DNA from: Octopus vulgaris
Taxonomy: Eukaryota
NCBI GenBank assembly: GCA_951406725.2
Contig: OX597823.1
Span: 44,950,001 to 45,014,000, forward strand
Length of the DNA: 64,000 nt
Direction of reading: 5' to 3'
Shown: positions 40,510-54,575 of the stretch, piece by piece
How the letters are laid out: each line of letters begins with the position of its first letter
How positions within the stretch are numbered: position 1 is the stretch's first letter
Program-made: the position numbers and the translations under genes
Notes under the pieces: model-generated
Told to the model about the DNA's origin: nothing
What the model saw: only the letters and a program-made list of their open reading frames with translations
Database searches by the model: none

Positions 40510-40745
40510 ATGATGTGTGTGTGGGGGGGTTGTTTGTGCCAGTGTGTGTCTCCCACTACCACAACTTGACAACTAGTTTTGGTGTGTTTATGTTCCTGTA
40601 ACTTAGCAGTTCAGCAAAAGAGACTGATTGAATAAGTAACAGGCTTAAAAGAAAAAAGTATTGAGGTTGATTCATTCAGCTAAAAGATTTTTCAAGGCAG
40701 TGCCCAATCATGGCTGAAGTCTAATGACTGAAACAAGTAAAAGAC
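40510..40745 (+). mobile_element. SINE family S2, 3' half
   Basis: cttgacaactagttttggtgtgtttatg...taacttagcagttcagcaaaagagactga...ctaatgactgaaacaagtaaaaga, the S2 tail. Confidence 0.85.
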
Positions 40746-41384
40746 AAAAAATAGAAAAAAAAAATGACTCAGAGAATGATAGCAAGTCCTGGAGAATTCA
40801 GGACATCAAAGACAAGATAGAATTAAGATGTAGGAAAACAAATATAATTTTGTTGCTTTGGAACTATATTTCAGTTAATTATAAGTATCATGATTGATTG
40901 TTTAAGAAGTTTGCTTCTCAACCTCATTGTTTCGGGTTTAGTCTCATTGTGTGATACCTTGAGCAACTGTAGTTTACTATAGCTCCAAGCTGACAAATGC
41001 CTTGTGAGAGAGGATTCAGAACACAAAAACTGAGAGAAGCCTATCGTCCTTGTCTTGACATAGTGCGATAGTCGTAAACAAATAACGAAATATTACTTTG
41101 CTTGAATAAAAATGAGGGTGACAGAAAGGGCATCTAGCTGTAGAAAATCACTATCAATGAAATCCATGTACTTATAGAAAACTAGATGTTAAAACAACAA
41201 TCATGATGGTGAACTTTGTGTTGAAAATAGTGTTTTGATGTTTTGTGAAAGCTATTTTTCATCGTTTACATTTTTAATTTTGTTGTGTCTGGGGAGAGTC
41301 ACTTTTAATGTTTTGGGGGAAATTGGGATGATTTCAAAGATTCTAACACCGCCTTCTTAATATAATACTGTATGTCTAATTGGC

Positions 41385-41825
41385 AGGGTCAGCAAAGCAC
41401 TGGAAAAACACCTTGCGACAATTGTTCAGGCTCTTTGTGTTCTGAGTTCAAATCCATCTGAGGTCAATAAAATAAAATGCTAGTCAAGTACTGGGGTCAA
41501 TATAATCAACTGTATTTCTCCTCACAAAGATCTAGCATTGGACTTATGTTAAAAACAATTATCATCACTATCATTATCATTATTGTTATTAGTATTAGCA
41601 CAGTAAAGACGGCGAGCTGGCAGAATTGTTAGCATATCGGGCGAAAAGCTTAGCGACCTTTCATCCATCTTTATGTTCTGAGTTCAAATTCTGCTGGGAA
41701 TGACTTTACCTTTCATCCGTTCAGAGTCAATAAAATAAGTACCAGTTGAGTACTGAGGTTCATGTAAGCGACTAGTCCTCTCCCCCAAAATTTTGGGACT
41801 TGTGCCTATAGTAGAAAAGATTATT
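41385..41825 (+). mobile_element. Two SINE family S3 copies
   Basis: ggcgagctggcagaattgttagc...gagttcaaattc...cctttcatccgttcagagtcaataaaataagtaccag. Confidence 0.8.
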
Positions 41826-42233
41826 ATTAGCAAGGTAAAGTAGCAGAAATGTAGTGCTGGACTAAATGTTTTACACTTTACAGATAAATAAAAAAATTTA
41901 GGTGCAACAATGATCTTAATGGTAATGAACTAAGGATGATTTACAGATTATATTAGCTGAAAATTCTGTTAAATTACATACCTACAATATATATATTTAT
42001 ATATATATTGTAATGCTATTTTTTCAACAATGATTTTCTTTACAACTATGATGAAGTGGGGGAGGTGGAGGAGGAGGTGACAGTGGCAAAGAAGAAATTG
42101 CATTGGGAAAAAGGAAAGGTAGGAAGCAACTGCTCAATTAAAACGATTGTGTAGTGCAATTAAGATGATAAAATCTCTAAGAAAAGGCTAGAGAAATCAG
42201 TTATTTAATATAGCAAGAAGCTGTGAAAATACT

Positions 42234-42540
<307 letters not shown>

Positions 42541-43055
42541 CACACACACACACAGAATTTAGCAAATCACTGCTCTGCTAGAGATGACTGGAAAGCAAGA
42601 AAGGTATGATAGAAAATTAAAATGTAATTCAAGATTCAATTCCATGAGTCACCAGAATGAGGAGTGGCAAAATTAGAGAAAAGAAAGAAAGGACAAGATT
42701 TTAAGTTAAAACACACTAAAATACAGCAAACAATTTTATCAGGCTTTCTGCTATGGTGATTTCCACAGGCAATATTCTAATCATGGACAATCATGATTTT
42801 TTCCTATTGACATGAAAAACTTAAAGAAGGGTAATAGTTGATAATATCAGCCCTACTACATAAGTAGTATTTAGTCTGTTGACTGTATAGAGATGAAAAG
42901 TATAGACAGCTTCAGAAAGATTTCAGCTGAAGGACAAAACTAAATAAGTCATTTAGTCCATTTCTACATTTCTGCTATTCCACAGTTTAAATAAAAGTAT
43001 AATAATAATAATGATAATAATGATGATGATAATAATAATAATGATAATAATAATA

Positions 43056-43205
43056 ATCTTGATATGAGATCACTATGTCGTGCACATATGGTTGTGATGC
43101 ATGTGCCTAGCGTACCCTTATCAGATGGGTAGTCATGGTGGGTATACTGGGCTTTGTATATTTTACCCCAGTGTCACTTTGATGGCATGCATTGCTCTCT
43201 CACTC
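43056..43205 (+). mobile_element. 5'-truncated copy of an (AAT)n-associated retroposon
   Basis: Matches the 3' ~150 bp of 49341-49874; (AAT)n upstream, (AGT)n/(AAT)n downstream. Confidence 0.8.
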
Positions 43206-43237
43206 AATAGTAGTAGTAGTAGTAGTAGTAATAATAA

Positions 43238-43925
43238 TAATCCTTTCTACTATAGGCACAAGGACCGAAATTGTTGGGAGGGGGCTAGTTGATTACACTA
43301 ACCCCAGTACTTGATGAGTAATTAATTTATCAACCCTGAAAGGATGAGAGATAAAGTCGACCTTGGCAGAATTTGAACTATAATGATAATAATAATCCTC
43401 TCTACTAAAGGCACAAGGCCTAAAATTTGTGGGGAAGAGACTAGTTGATTACATCAACCCCCAGCACTTGACTAGTAGTACTTATTTCATTGACCCCAAA
43501 AGGATGAAAGGCAAAGTCAACCTTGGTAGAATTTAGAATTCGGAACATAGTGACAGACGAAATACCACTAAGCATTTTGCCTGGCGTGCAAACAATTCTG
43601 CCAGCTCACCACCTTAAATAAGAATAAGAATAATGATGATGATGATGATTTCATTTATTTGCCACAAGCGTGAAGGATGGGGGAAACAATACAGAGGCAT
43701 ACATAAAGTGTTGGGGCTTAAATAATATTTCAGATTTAAGTACGAGGCCAACAATTTCGAGGAGCTGGGGATAATCAATTAAATTGACCCTAATACTTGA
43801 CTAGTACCTTATTTTATCAACCCCAAAAGGATGAAAGGCAGAGTTGATCTGGATAGGATTTGAACTCAGAATATAAGGAACTAGAACAAATCTGTCAATG
43901 CTCCAATAATTCTGCCAATCCACAG
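43238..43925 (-). mobile_element. Cluster of SINE family S3 copies
   Basis: Repeated accccaaaaggatgaaaggcaaagtcaacc cores at about 43335, 43495 and 43820. Confidence 0.8.
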
Positions 43926-43927
43926 CC

Positions 43928-44145
43928 TTAACCCTTTAGTATTCAAATTATTCTGTCAAATGTGAATGCTTATTTATTCACATTGTTTTCAATTAATCAT
44001 GCCTTATCTCTTAGCTTTGAGATTTTGATGATGTGATTGCATATTTTTAGGGTAGGTGTGAGAGGCTGTATCTGGGCTAGTTTGAACATAAAACTGGTAG
44101 AGTATTTTAGGCTGGATATGGCCTGTTCGAATACTAAAGGGATAA
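43928..44145 (+). mobile_element. piggyBac-like MITE copy
   Basis: TTAA-ccctttagtattc ... atactaaaggg-aTAA; colinear with 30030-30249. Confidence 0.85.
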
Positions 44146-44373
44146 ATAAAAGTTTCTGATTTAGACACAAGGTGATCAATTTTGAGGAGAGAGAGAGCTC
44201 GGTTAATTATGTTCATCAGATTTTATCAATCAAGGACGGATAAAAAGCGAAGTTGATCTCAGCAGGAGATGAATTCAACATAAAGCACAAGGACAACTAT
44301 CACAAGGAATTTTATCCAATGCTATAATGCCTCCATCAATCCACCTCCCACAATAATAATAATTGCTTCTAAT

Positions 44374-44586
44374 TTAACCCTTTAGCATATAAACAGACCA
44401 TATCTGGCCAATATATTCTACCTGCTTTATGTTCACACTGGCCAGATCTACTCTGCAATGTCATTCTAAAAATAAACAATCACATCATCAAAATCTTGAA
44501 GTTACAAGATAATCCATGATTAATTCAAAATAATGTGAATAAATAAGCATTCCATTTACAGAGAAATTTAAATGCTAAAGAGTGAA
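44374..44586 (-). mobile_element. piggyBac-like MITE copy, inverted relative to 43928
   Basis: TTAA-ccctttagcatat ... aatgctaaagag-tgaa. Confidence 0.85.
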
Positions 44587-45155
44587 GCACAAGGTCAGTA
44601 ATTTTGAGGGGAGACTGTCAGTCAATATCACTGACCTTGGTACTTGGCTGGTATCTTATTTTATCAACCCTGGAGAGATGAAAGGGTTGTATACGAATGT
44701 AAAGAGATAGAACAGGTGAATAACAACAATAACTTTTTTTGATGAAGTCACACAGCCTGGTGTTGGAGAAAAGCAATAAATTCCTTGGAATAATGGAATA
44801 ATCTGGCTTTTGCCAAAAGGCATGAGCAATGCAAATTATACGAAATGGCTTTCACCAAAATTTCAAACATACTTGCAGATACTTTCCATATTGATTGAAA
44901 GTGCCAAATAATAATACAGAACATTGGCAAAAGACTACAGAAACAATGACATTCATGAACTTCCAAAGTGTATTAATAATTTAACTAAAACAGTTGTTGT
45001 TAAGAATTCTAGCCAGATAATTTACTTGAGATTTTGCAACAGAATTTTATTTTTAAGCAGTGAAAAGACGCTTAACTAATTTCTCCACTGATTTTATATC
45101 ATACTTTGAAGACAGAAATTGCTGAATAAGCTTAAAAAAAATAATAAATATGAAC

Positions 45156-45557
45156 AGGCACAGGTGTGGCTGTGTGGTAAGAAGCTTGCTTCCTAACCAC
45201 ATGGTTTGGGGTTCCGTCCTACTGCATGGCACCTTGGGTAAGTGTATTCTACTATAGTGTTGGGCTGATCAAAATCTTTAGAGTAGATTTGGTAGCTGGA
45301 AACTGAAAGAAGCCCATCATATGTGTGTATATTCGTGCGTGTGTCAGTGTGTCTGTGTTTACCCCTCCTTCCCATAACATCACCACTTGACAACCAATGT
45401 AAGTGTGTTTACATCCCTGTAGCTTAGTGGTTCACCAAAGGAGAACTGATAGAATAAGTATCAGGCATTAAAAAAATAAGTGCTGGGGGAGTTGATACAT
45501 TCGATTAAAATGGTGCCCCATTATGGCCACAGTCTAATGAGTAAAACAAGTAAAAAG
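45156..45557 (+). mobile_element. SINE family S2, full length
   Basis: Head ggctgtgtggtaagaagcttgcttcc...gggttccgtcc, core gatttggtagctggaaactgaaagaagccc, tail atggccacagtctaatgagtaaaacaagtaaaa. Confidence 0.9.
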
Positions 45558-45929
45558 GGAAAAAAATAATAAATTTTACATTATTATTTTGAGGTCAATC
45601 TCTTTGTAATCTATAAATCTAGCTAGGTGCTACAATGGTACTTAGTTGATAATAACACTTGCCTAAAGTGAATTCTCTAGACTAAAGGGTAAAATAATAT
45701 AACTTCACTCTTGACGAGCTGCAACATCATAGCCGTAGATGTTTGTGTCTACAAAAATTTCTGCTGGTTTGATATATACTTATGGTGGGAGATTGCAGAT
45801 TTATTTAACTGCAGTCTATAGATATTTTGCTGACTGTTAGTGAAAGAATGCTGATGATTTGAAAGAAATTAATTGCCCATTAACTCTCACTATTCCAAAA
45901 CAAACATAACGTGATAACTTCTAAATTAT

Positions 45930-46225
45930 CTTTTATCTGTTACTTGTTTCAGTCATTAAACTGTGGTCATACAGGGGCACCACCTTGAGGAGTTTTAGTC
46001 GAATGAGTCGACCCCAGTATATTTTCTTTTTTAAGCCTGATATATATTCTATCGATTTCTTTTGCCAAACTACTAAGTTATGGAAATGTAAACACACTAA
46101 CACTAGTTGTCAAGCAGTGATGGCAGAACAAACACAGATTCAAAGACACACACATGCATATATGTACAATGGGCTTATTTCTATCAAATCTCCTCATAAG
46201 GCTTCAGTCAGCCTAAGGCTATAGT
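45930..46225 (-). mobile_element. SINE family S2, head truncated
   Basis: ttacttgtttcagtcattaaactgtggtcat... tail and body motifs. Confidence 0.75.
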
Positions 46226-48149
46226 TAGAATACTTATATAGACATAAAATATATCTCAAAAATGATATACTAATCAAGAAGATCAAAACAGTGTAGTTCA
46301 GCATTGTTTCACAGACCTTATATGTTCTCTGCAGCAACTTACTTTATCAATTGCTTACATAGGACTGAGATATCAGATTAAGAAAGGAGGAGAAATGACA
46401 TTGTGTGATATGATGTCTTGGCATAATTAAGAAACAAAATGGAGTCATGCACACACCGCTATAATAGTAATAGGATTTGCTATAGATATGAATAGCCACA
46501 AGAGAGAAGATTGGATAGATATGATAAAGTGAGCATATACTGTAATCACAAGCTGGATAAGAGTAAGAGAGTCCAGTGGATATGATATAAAAGAAGGTAT
46601 ATCAATAATTAAGTATGATTTCACTGCAATGTGCAGTGAAGTGGAACTTTTGAGTAGATAGCTTTTCAAATATCTATTGGACATGATAGAAAGAGCAGTC
46701 ATATGAGACTTTATGGTGCAGTAATTGATGCAAGCAGAAGAAATACAGGAATTAACCACTTATTGTACACATGTTGTGTGCATTCATTTATATTTGCATA
46801 TGTATGTGTGTGCTTGGAGTCAAGTAGAGCAACAGCAAAGATTTGGTTTATACTGTAACCATATGTATTGAATAAAAAGCTCAATGCTATTATTTGAATC
46901 AATAAAGATTAAATATCAATGAAGATCAAATAGATTGATGAGATAATCAATTTAATACTGTCTAAAAAGAGAAGATAGTTAAGATCACATATCTCTGCCT
47001 AAGAGATTTGGGAAGTGGTCAAGAACATCTAAAGAAAATGTTCATAATTTCTAAATTAATAGGATGAGAGTGCTAGTAGTGAGTAATGGCTAATCTACAG
47101 AGGCTGAGATGGTCAATATTAAGTGTCAGTAATTCTAAGCTGAAACTGACCATCTCAAGGTGATGGTCAGTATTATAAGCTGGTCATGAAAAACCACTAG
47201 GTTGTGATATCAGATATTGATCAACATCAATAAGATGGTTAATAGTGAATGCTAGCATGTTAACCCAAGTGAAAGAGTTGCCAAGATGATCAAGGGGTAT
47301 TATAAAGTAACATTGGTCAGCCTAAATTCAAATTATCAATATAATGAAATAGCAAATCTTGGAGAAATAATAAATATAATCTCACAGGTAAAAATACTTA
47401 TGTAATACAGGGAAACATGAACTAAATGTTTTTGTTTTTTCAAAATTTTTTTAATTAATGAAACTAGTTTGATTTTATAGCTTTTAAGTCTAGAAAGTAT
47501 AGCAGTGTAACCCCAAATTGGGTTAACAAAACTTTTCCTACAAATACTGTTTTGCTTCCTTACACAATACACTATTTTAGATATTGACTATTATTGTGAT
47601 ACACAATTTAGAAGGGGAAATGTGTCTTGGCCATCAAATCTGGATGTGGAAAAGAGGAATCCAGCTGTATCTGAGAATACATAAATACATGTGTATGTGT
47701 GTGTGTGTGTGTACGTGCATGCGTATGCCTGTGTATGTGTGTGTGTTTTCTCATATTTGCAGCCTAAATTGACCCATGCGGGAGAAAAAAAAGTTTTAGA
47801 AAAAAAGAAAAAATTTAAAGGCCAGGAAAATTTTAAGACAGTTTTAGAAATAAAACTAAACAACACAAGAAAATATTACTTGTATATTCACTACTAGTGC
47901 TTAATTACAAATGATAAAACTGAACATAACACATAGCATTCTGTTTTAAAATAAAAGTTCCAGGGAGTAACGATGAATTCTAAAATCAACACCCTGTATT
48001 TAGAGCAAGTTGTATTTAGTGACTTAACTGTTATGAATATAAAGAACACAAGACAATAACTCTTCTTTTGCATGATCATCACGGTCACTACAAATCCTAA
48101 TGTTTTCAATTTCTAATGATCTTAATTTTCATTATTTTTTTATTATTAT

Positions 48150-48430
48150 TGATTTGAACTGAAGAAGGGGATTGTCAAATGGATTCTAGTTGACAACTGA
48201 AGGAAAACATATGCAAGGAATGAATTCCAGAGAGCCAACAATTCTGGGAAAGAAAGAATGGGTGTAGTAATTAGTACAAGGCCTGGTGAGGAGGTATTGA
48301 AAGGAAAAGAGAGAAAGTGTGTTGGGAGTGCCAGAATGGAAGTGACAAAAGGCTTGCCAGCACAAAGGAGAGGGGACCACTATAGTAGCAGCAAGAAAAG
48401 TAAAGAGAGAATCAGCACATCTATGGACCA
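48150..48430 (-). mobile_element. Decayed 3' end of a CR1/Jockey-like LINE ORF2
   Basis: Minus frame ...QPLVHRCA...RPCTNYYTHSFFPRIV...FPSVVN resembles the C-terminal RTNxYxxSFFPR...WNxLP motif; followed by an A-rich tail. Confidence 0.55.
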
Positions 48431-48660
48431 GAGGTTGGTATGTGTTAGTGACTGATTGCAAGCTTTTCTTTATATATGGTCTAGGATGTCTCTGACTAGG
48501 TGCCATTACAATAGCTCAATAGCTTGGATTGAACCAAATCCTGTGAGTGAATCTGAGTAACCAGACACTGTGCTGAAGCCCATCTGCTGGGTTGTATCAG
48601 CAGTTCCACCTTGTCCCACAGTGTCATACAGATTCTCCTTATGAATTATGTTAAGGGTAC

Positions 48661-48996
48661 GAAGGCGCATGGCTCAGTGGTTAGAGCGTCGAGCTTACGA
48701 TCGTGAGGTTGTGAGCTCGAATCCCGGACCGGGCTGCGAGCTGTGTTCTTGAGCAAGGCACTTTATTTCACGTTGCTCCAGTTCACTCAGCTGTAGAAAT
48801 GAGTTGCGACGTCACTGGTGCCAAGCTGTATCGACCTTTGTCTTTCCCTTGGATAACACTGGTGGCATGGAGAGGGGAGGCTGGTATGCATGGGCGACTG
48901 CTGGTCTTCCATAAACAACCTTGTCTGGACTTGTGTCTAGGAGGGTAACTTTCTAGGTGCAATCCCATGGTCATTCATGACCAAAGGGGGTCTTAA
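48661..48996 (+). mobile_element. tRNA-derived SINE family S1, young full-length copy
   Basis: A-box tggctcagtgg, B-box-like gctcgaatcc, many CpGs, A-run after 48995. Confidence 0.9.
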
Positions 48997-49340
48997 AAAA
49001 AAAAACATGTGTCTGTAGAACACTCTGCCACTTAATATTTTAATTCAATGGGAAGGTTATCCAGTTGATTGAACAAGTGAACATTCACATGTTGAAATAA
49101 AACAAGAAAGTCCATCATTGAGTAGACAAATTGAATTCTGTAGGAGGTTGCAATTACTATAAAAGGTTATATGCTAATATATTCTCAGAGAATGGGAAAT
49201 AAGTAAATGATTTCTGAGCATTGGAACATATCAGATTCATTTCTTTTTCTAATGACAAAGAAAGATCTGTGGTTTGACCATGATGTTCACTTTCCACAGG
49301 GATTACTACAAAACAACAACAATAATAGTAATAATAATAA

Positions 49341-49874
49341 ATGCCCTGATGCACTGGCTCTCATGGGTTTTGATCTTAATTAATTGGAAGTGTTCTCATG
49401 TACATTGTTTTGTCTTGGTATAAAAGATAGGCTACAGTAAATATTCTGCTCAATACCACAGATTTCTTTGTCAGTTGTTTGACCTTAACCAGTTGAACAT
49501 GTCCCTTAATTGCTGATGATATGTGCATCTCTGATCATGAGCAGAAGTAGTGGGGGAGCATCATAGCCATGTGTTGAGCGGAATTCGGTGGAGTTTGAAC
49601 AAGTCATCTCTGGTGTTTTGCTCAACATCCTTAAACAACCCTTATTCAAGGACTATTTGAGCCGGATGGGATACTTGACCTGAAGAAAATTCTAACTGGG
49701 CCCCACCTGCAAGGTCATGTGCTATTTATCTTGATATGAGATCATGTTGTGCACATATGGTTGTGATGGATGTGCCTACTGTACCCTTATCAGATGGGTA
49801 GTCATGATGGGTATACTGGGCTTCATATATTTTACTCCATTGTCACTTTGATGGCATGCACTGCTCTCTCACTC
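49341..49874 (+). mobile_element. (AAT)n-flanked non-autonomous retroposon
   Basis: (AAT)n on both sides; the 3' end gcactgctctctcactc(aat)n is shared with the truncated copy at 43056. Confidence 0.7.
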
Positions 49875-49929
<55 letters not shown>

Positions 49930-52900
49930 GAACTGCCTGTAAATTTACTTTACATTTTTACTTAACTATTGTATAGTACTTCATGTGTATATGTGTGTGT
50001 GTGTGTACCATGCACATATAGAGACAGAATGTATCTGTGTGTGGGTATGCACATGAATGACATGATACCCGTTAACGATTGGAGAATATACTGATTGAAA
50101 GTGTAGATAACAATAGAAAAGAAGTTAATAGGCTCATAAATGTACTGTATTGACATGAAGCTCCAACATTTCTTCACTAAAGAAGTAAAACTATGAAATT
50201 ACTTAGCTTTCTTATGCTGATCAAAAAGTACTCAAACCAATTGTATAGACAACAGACAAGTCTGCTGCAGTTTACATCAACCAGTGATGTAAATGGAGCA
50301 GTTTTATCAAAATCACTTTAGATCATTACTTTAGATAGAAGTTCTTTCAGATAAATGTATTTAATTACTAATGTACTCCTCCAACTCAGTTTGAAAATAT
50401 TATGACATTGATAAAATTGATGGTAATCTACCCAGAACTGAATCTGGAATAGTTGTTGGTCTGTTAGAATAGTTTTGGCTGTCAGTGCTCTTTATCGCTT
50501 ACTTACAGAATGTGTTGAACAAATGAAGAAAGCTTTCTATGTTGCTTAATTTTTCTTTATTATTATTTTTCAAATAAATAAATGACAGTCAGCAAAAGTA
50601 CTGATCAAAACAACACAAGAGAACCATAGCTCTTCGAAATTGAGTAACAATAATGGGTACAATTAGCAGGTAGATAGTGTTTAGTGTTTGCATTCAAGTA
50701 CATGACAGACTAAACACAGTTATTCTCACCACAGTTGGCTGCTAGAAGACAGTACCAATGCAAATGCCACTCATACATAGACAAAACATAATTTCAGTGA
50801 ATTAGAAATGAGTGGTTGTCACACAAATAAATCAATACTTGCTAATAACACAACTCAAGTCCTACTGTTCTGCAGATCAAAGTCACCAAATTAAACTTTT
50901 AGCCCTCCAATCTTCAAGTATTGAGTCAATGAAGAAACCTCTATGAAGCTGCTCAACCTGCTAGACATATGGATAATTTTCCCTCAAATCACACACTAAC
51001 ATCTTTAAAAAGGATGTATTGCATAATGTAGTCTTGTGTCAAAATAAATCAACTAAACAGGGAAGAAAAAGCACATGGTAAACATGGCCTTGAAAGTGAA
51101 TCCTACCAGAAGAGTCTCTAAGTCCATATGCCTGAAATGACTGTCCTATCCAAGGGTAAGATATGTAATATATCACAGACAGAGGGAAATTTTAAAAAGA
51201 GAGGTATTGGCAAGCCAGATTTCATTATCAGATCTGAATTATATTTCAGTGGTTAGGTAAGTTTATTTGACCTAATCTTCAGGTTAATTTCTTAAATGTT
51301 TTCATCCTAGTCTGCAAAAAATGGAGACAATGAGAACAGCATGAATGAATAACAACTTTCTTTGTGTGAGGTATACTAAACAAGATTACATAATCTAGTA
51401 AAGAGGAATCTAACATGCAGATCCATTCAACTAATATGATTAATTAATAGGTGTGAAAAACATCAATAAATACAGACTAAGCAAAATTGTAAGAATATCT
51501 TACTTTCCCAAAATAACTTTGAAATATCACTTCAAAACAAAAAAAAAAAAGAAAAATAATTAAAGTTTCTATACCAACAATGTTCCAAGATTCTCATAGT
51601 AAAGCAAAATTTTTCTCCTCTCTCCCTTTCTTCTTGTCTACATCATATACAAATTGTCTGTATTCATGTAAACCCAAGACATGTTTGTCACTTAAAAACT
51701 TATTTGTTACAATGTCTTAATTATTTTTTAGTCTACTAAAAGTAAGATATGTTTTTAGTTATTTCTTTCTCAAGGTATGTTACTTTATTTTCATATCACA
51801 ATAAACAAATGCCTTTCTGCACTACCAGTATCAATATATAATTTAATCCATCTTTGAAATTTATCATTACAAGAAATAACCACATGTATGAGCCTTTTCT
51901 TTCTTATTAAACATACTAACATAAATAAGATGAGCTTTTTGCTACAATGAAGGTAACCCATTTCAGAAAATAAACACTGGTGTTGTGAAGGAAAATCTCA
52001 TAGTTATCATATAAAAGTGAAGGCACTCTGTCTTACAGAACAGATGCTCCAAAACGAAACTTACATAGGTTAGAAAGAAACCTTGATCCCACAACACAAT
52101 CTCTCTTGTACAGATGCTACAATAAATACATCCAATGGTCGGTGATAATTGAATATGAGAGAAAGATAAGAAAGATAGTGAAGTCGCAGGATTCAAATCA
52201 TAAAAATAGCATATAAAAAAAATGAAAATACTAAAATTTTCATTGGGACAAATTTTTTAAAAACTAAAATAAAATACATCAAATGTCATAGGAATATAAA
52301 TAAGATAAAGTCAGATGGCTTAGAATATTGATAACTGAGTTGATCAAAAATTATTTATATATCTAGTTCACACCTTACAGAAATTGTTTTTGTTGAAAAA
52401 AATCAATCTTAATATAATCAAATACAATTTTCCCAACATATTAGAATATTTACAAAAAAAAAATTCTTCAATTGCTAAGATGCAATGCATGTGGAAATGA
52501 AAGAGAATGTTGAACTTCAATGTTCTACTTTAACGTCTTTTAAAAAAAAAAGTATGTTTCTTCAAATTCTTGAAATATTAACTGGAGAAGTCCTTGAGAG
52601 AAAATAAACTTGTATTTTAATTTTTAATTTGTTTTCCTTTTATCCTTATTATTAACAGGTTTAATGGTTATGTCATTTCAGTATTGAAGTGCAATTACCT
52701 AATATTACACAAATACCTGTTTGTAGGATTGTAGACTTTCCAAATAGACAGAAGCTTCTTAATGATAGAAAATGGATCTAGGCTGCTAGAAATATTTCGA
52801 CATGTGGGATACTTTTACAAGCTTCTTGAGTATATAGAAAGGAATTCACCAAATATGTAAAATGTGTTAATACGAAGAATGACTAATGGATGAAAAATAG

Positions 52901-54544
52901 TTGTTAGAAACCTGTACAGCCACAAAGTGCTCATTTGCACCAACATGTATCATTAGCAGACATGCACAGTAAGAGAGGTGGACTGAAAGCTGGAACTACC
53001 ATGTTTGTGCTTTGGATTTTGTGCCAATCTCCAAAGTTCTTGCTCAAAAGGCACCTCTCTTGGTAAGGTCATACTCCCCATCACTCACAGAACAAAGTCA
53101 TTTATGATGCAATTGCACCAAAGACCCTCTCAAGATGATGTAAACATCAGAACAGACAACCAAAATTCTGGTTTCCATGTCTATAGTTGATGAGCTTTGT
53201 CTCAGGCATTTCTGCTTGCCAGGAAGATGGGCGGGGGCGGGGGGTTCAACACTAGTTCACGTAGTAAGTACAATAGTTAGAATAAAAACACATGGGTCAA
53301 GGTAAACATTTTGAGTCTGGATATAATGAGAGCAAGTGTGGTTTCAAAATTGTATTAAGGCATGTTACTGATATATTAGACGTTTATAAATTATGGAGAA
53401 GGATGCAAGCATTAATCTATGAATGAGATCTTAAAGGCAAAAACTTGAGAAGAATCTATAAACGTTAATGGATGTAGAGGCAAGACATTACAATCTTCTT
53501 GGCAAGACATTGCAATCTTCCTGAATGAAGAAGGCTATTTAGATTCAAGCTAATATGCAACAAAATACTAAGGGAAACAAAGACTATCACAAAAATTTGT
53601 TGAGTAAAATTAAACTTTGCACAGCCATAAATAACCTGGACAAATCCAGTCCTACCACTGTATCAAGAAAACAGACAAAACTAGTAAGTAAGCCAAATAA
53701 AGATCAATGGTAAAATTGCAACAAAAAAAAAAAGAAAAAAAAAGACTTTCTTATACAAGAATGTTACCAGAAAATTTATACAAATATTAAAGGGAATTGC
53801 TTTTGGCATGTATAGTGAAGCGTAAACTTTATTTTGTTTCCTTTCCAGTAGCTGAAGATAAAGAAAAAAAAATGGTTATGATGAAATGACATAAAGAGAC
53901 AATGTTACAAAATGTTAGCTGAGTTAAATAACATTATCATAAAAATCACACTAATGGATACAAAAGTTCCTAAGATGGCACTGAAGACTGTACAAGTGTG
54001 TGAGTGTGCAACTTCTTCTGTACCAATAAGGAGAGCATCGCTATAACCAATAGTACTGTGTGAAAGATTAACCAGTACATTTATCAGACAGATTATAGTT
54101 GAAGCGAAATAGCAACTACTTAATTTTGCTTGATATATTAAAAAATGAGAAAAGAGAGAAAAAGACACAAGGTGTAGTTAAAAGAACAAAACAAAATAAA
54201 AGGGTGTTGCTAAAAAAAGAAGGAAGATAAAAGCAATAAAAAAAGAGAAAATGTAAAAGGAAAAGAAATGAAATTAAGGAAAGCAAAAGACAAACAGAGA
54301 AAGAAACAGGAGGAAAAAAAAGAATAACTGAAAGTAAAAGAGGTCATAGAGTACAAAGCTTTGGATGAGCAAAGAAAAAATACCTTGTCCTGTTTAGCTT
54401 ATAATATCTAAAATTCAATATTGATTACAGATGTACTATGGTTATAACTTGTCAAAACTAGAGCGCAGTTTCTCAGCTTGCCCAGCAAAGAACAGTGGAT
54501 TAACCACATGATCTATGTGTGTGTGTGCATGTGTGTTTATATGA

Positions 54545-54575
<31 letters not shown>

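Noticed and set aside
48664-48735. tRNA-like sequence
   Set aside because: SINE head: no proper acceptor stem and it continues into the S1 body.
53228-53245. GGGCGG boxes
   Set aside because: Isolated G-run with no CpG island or other promoter evidence.
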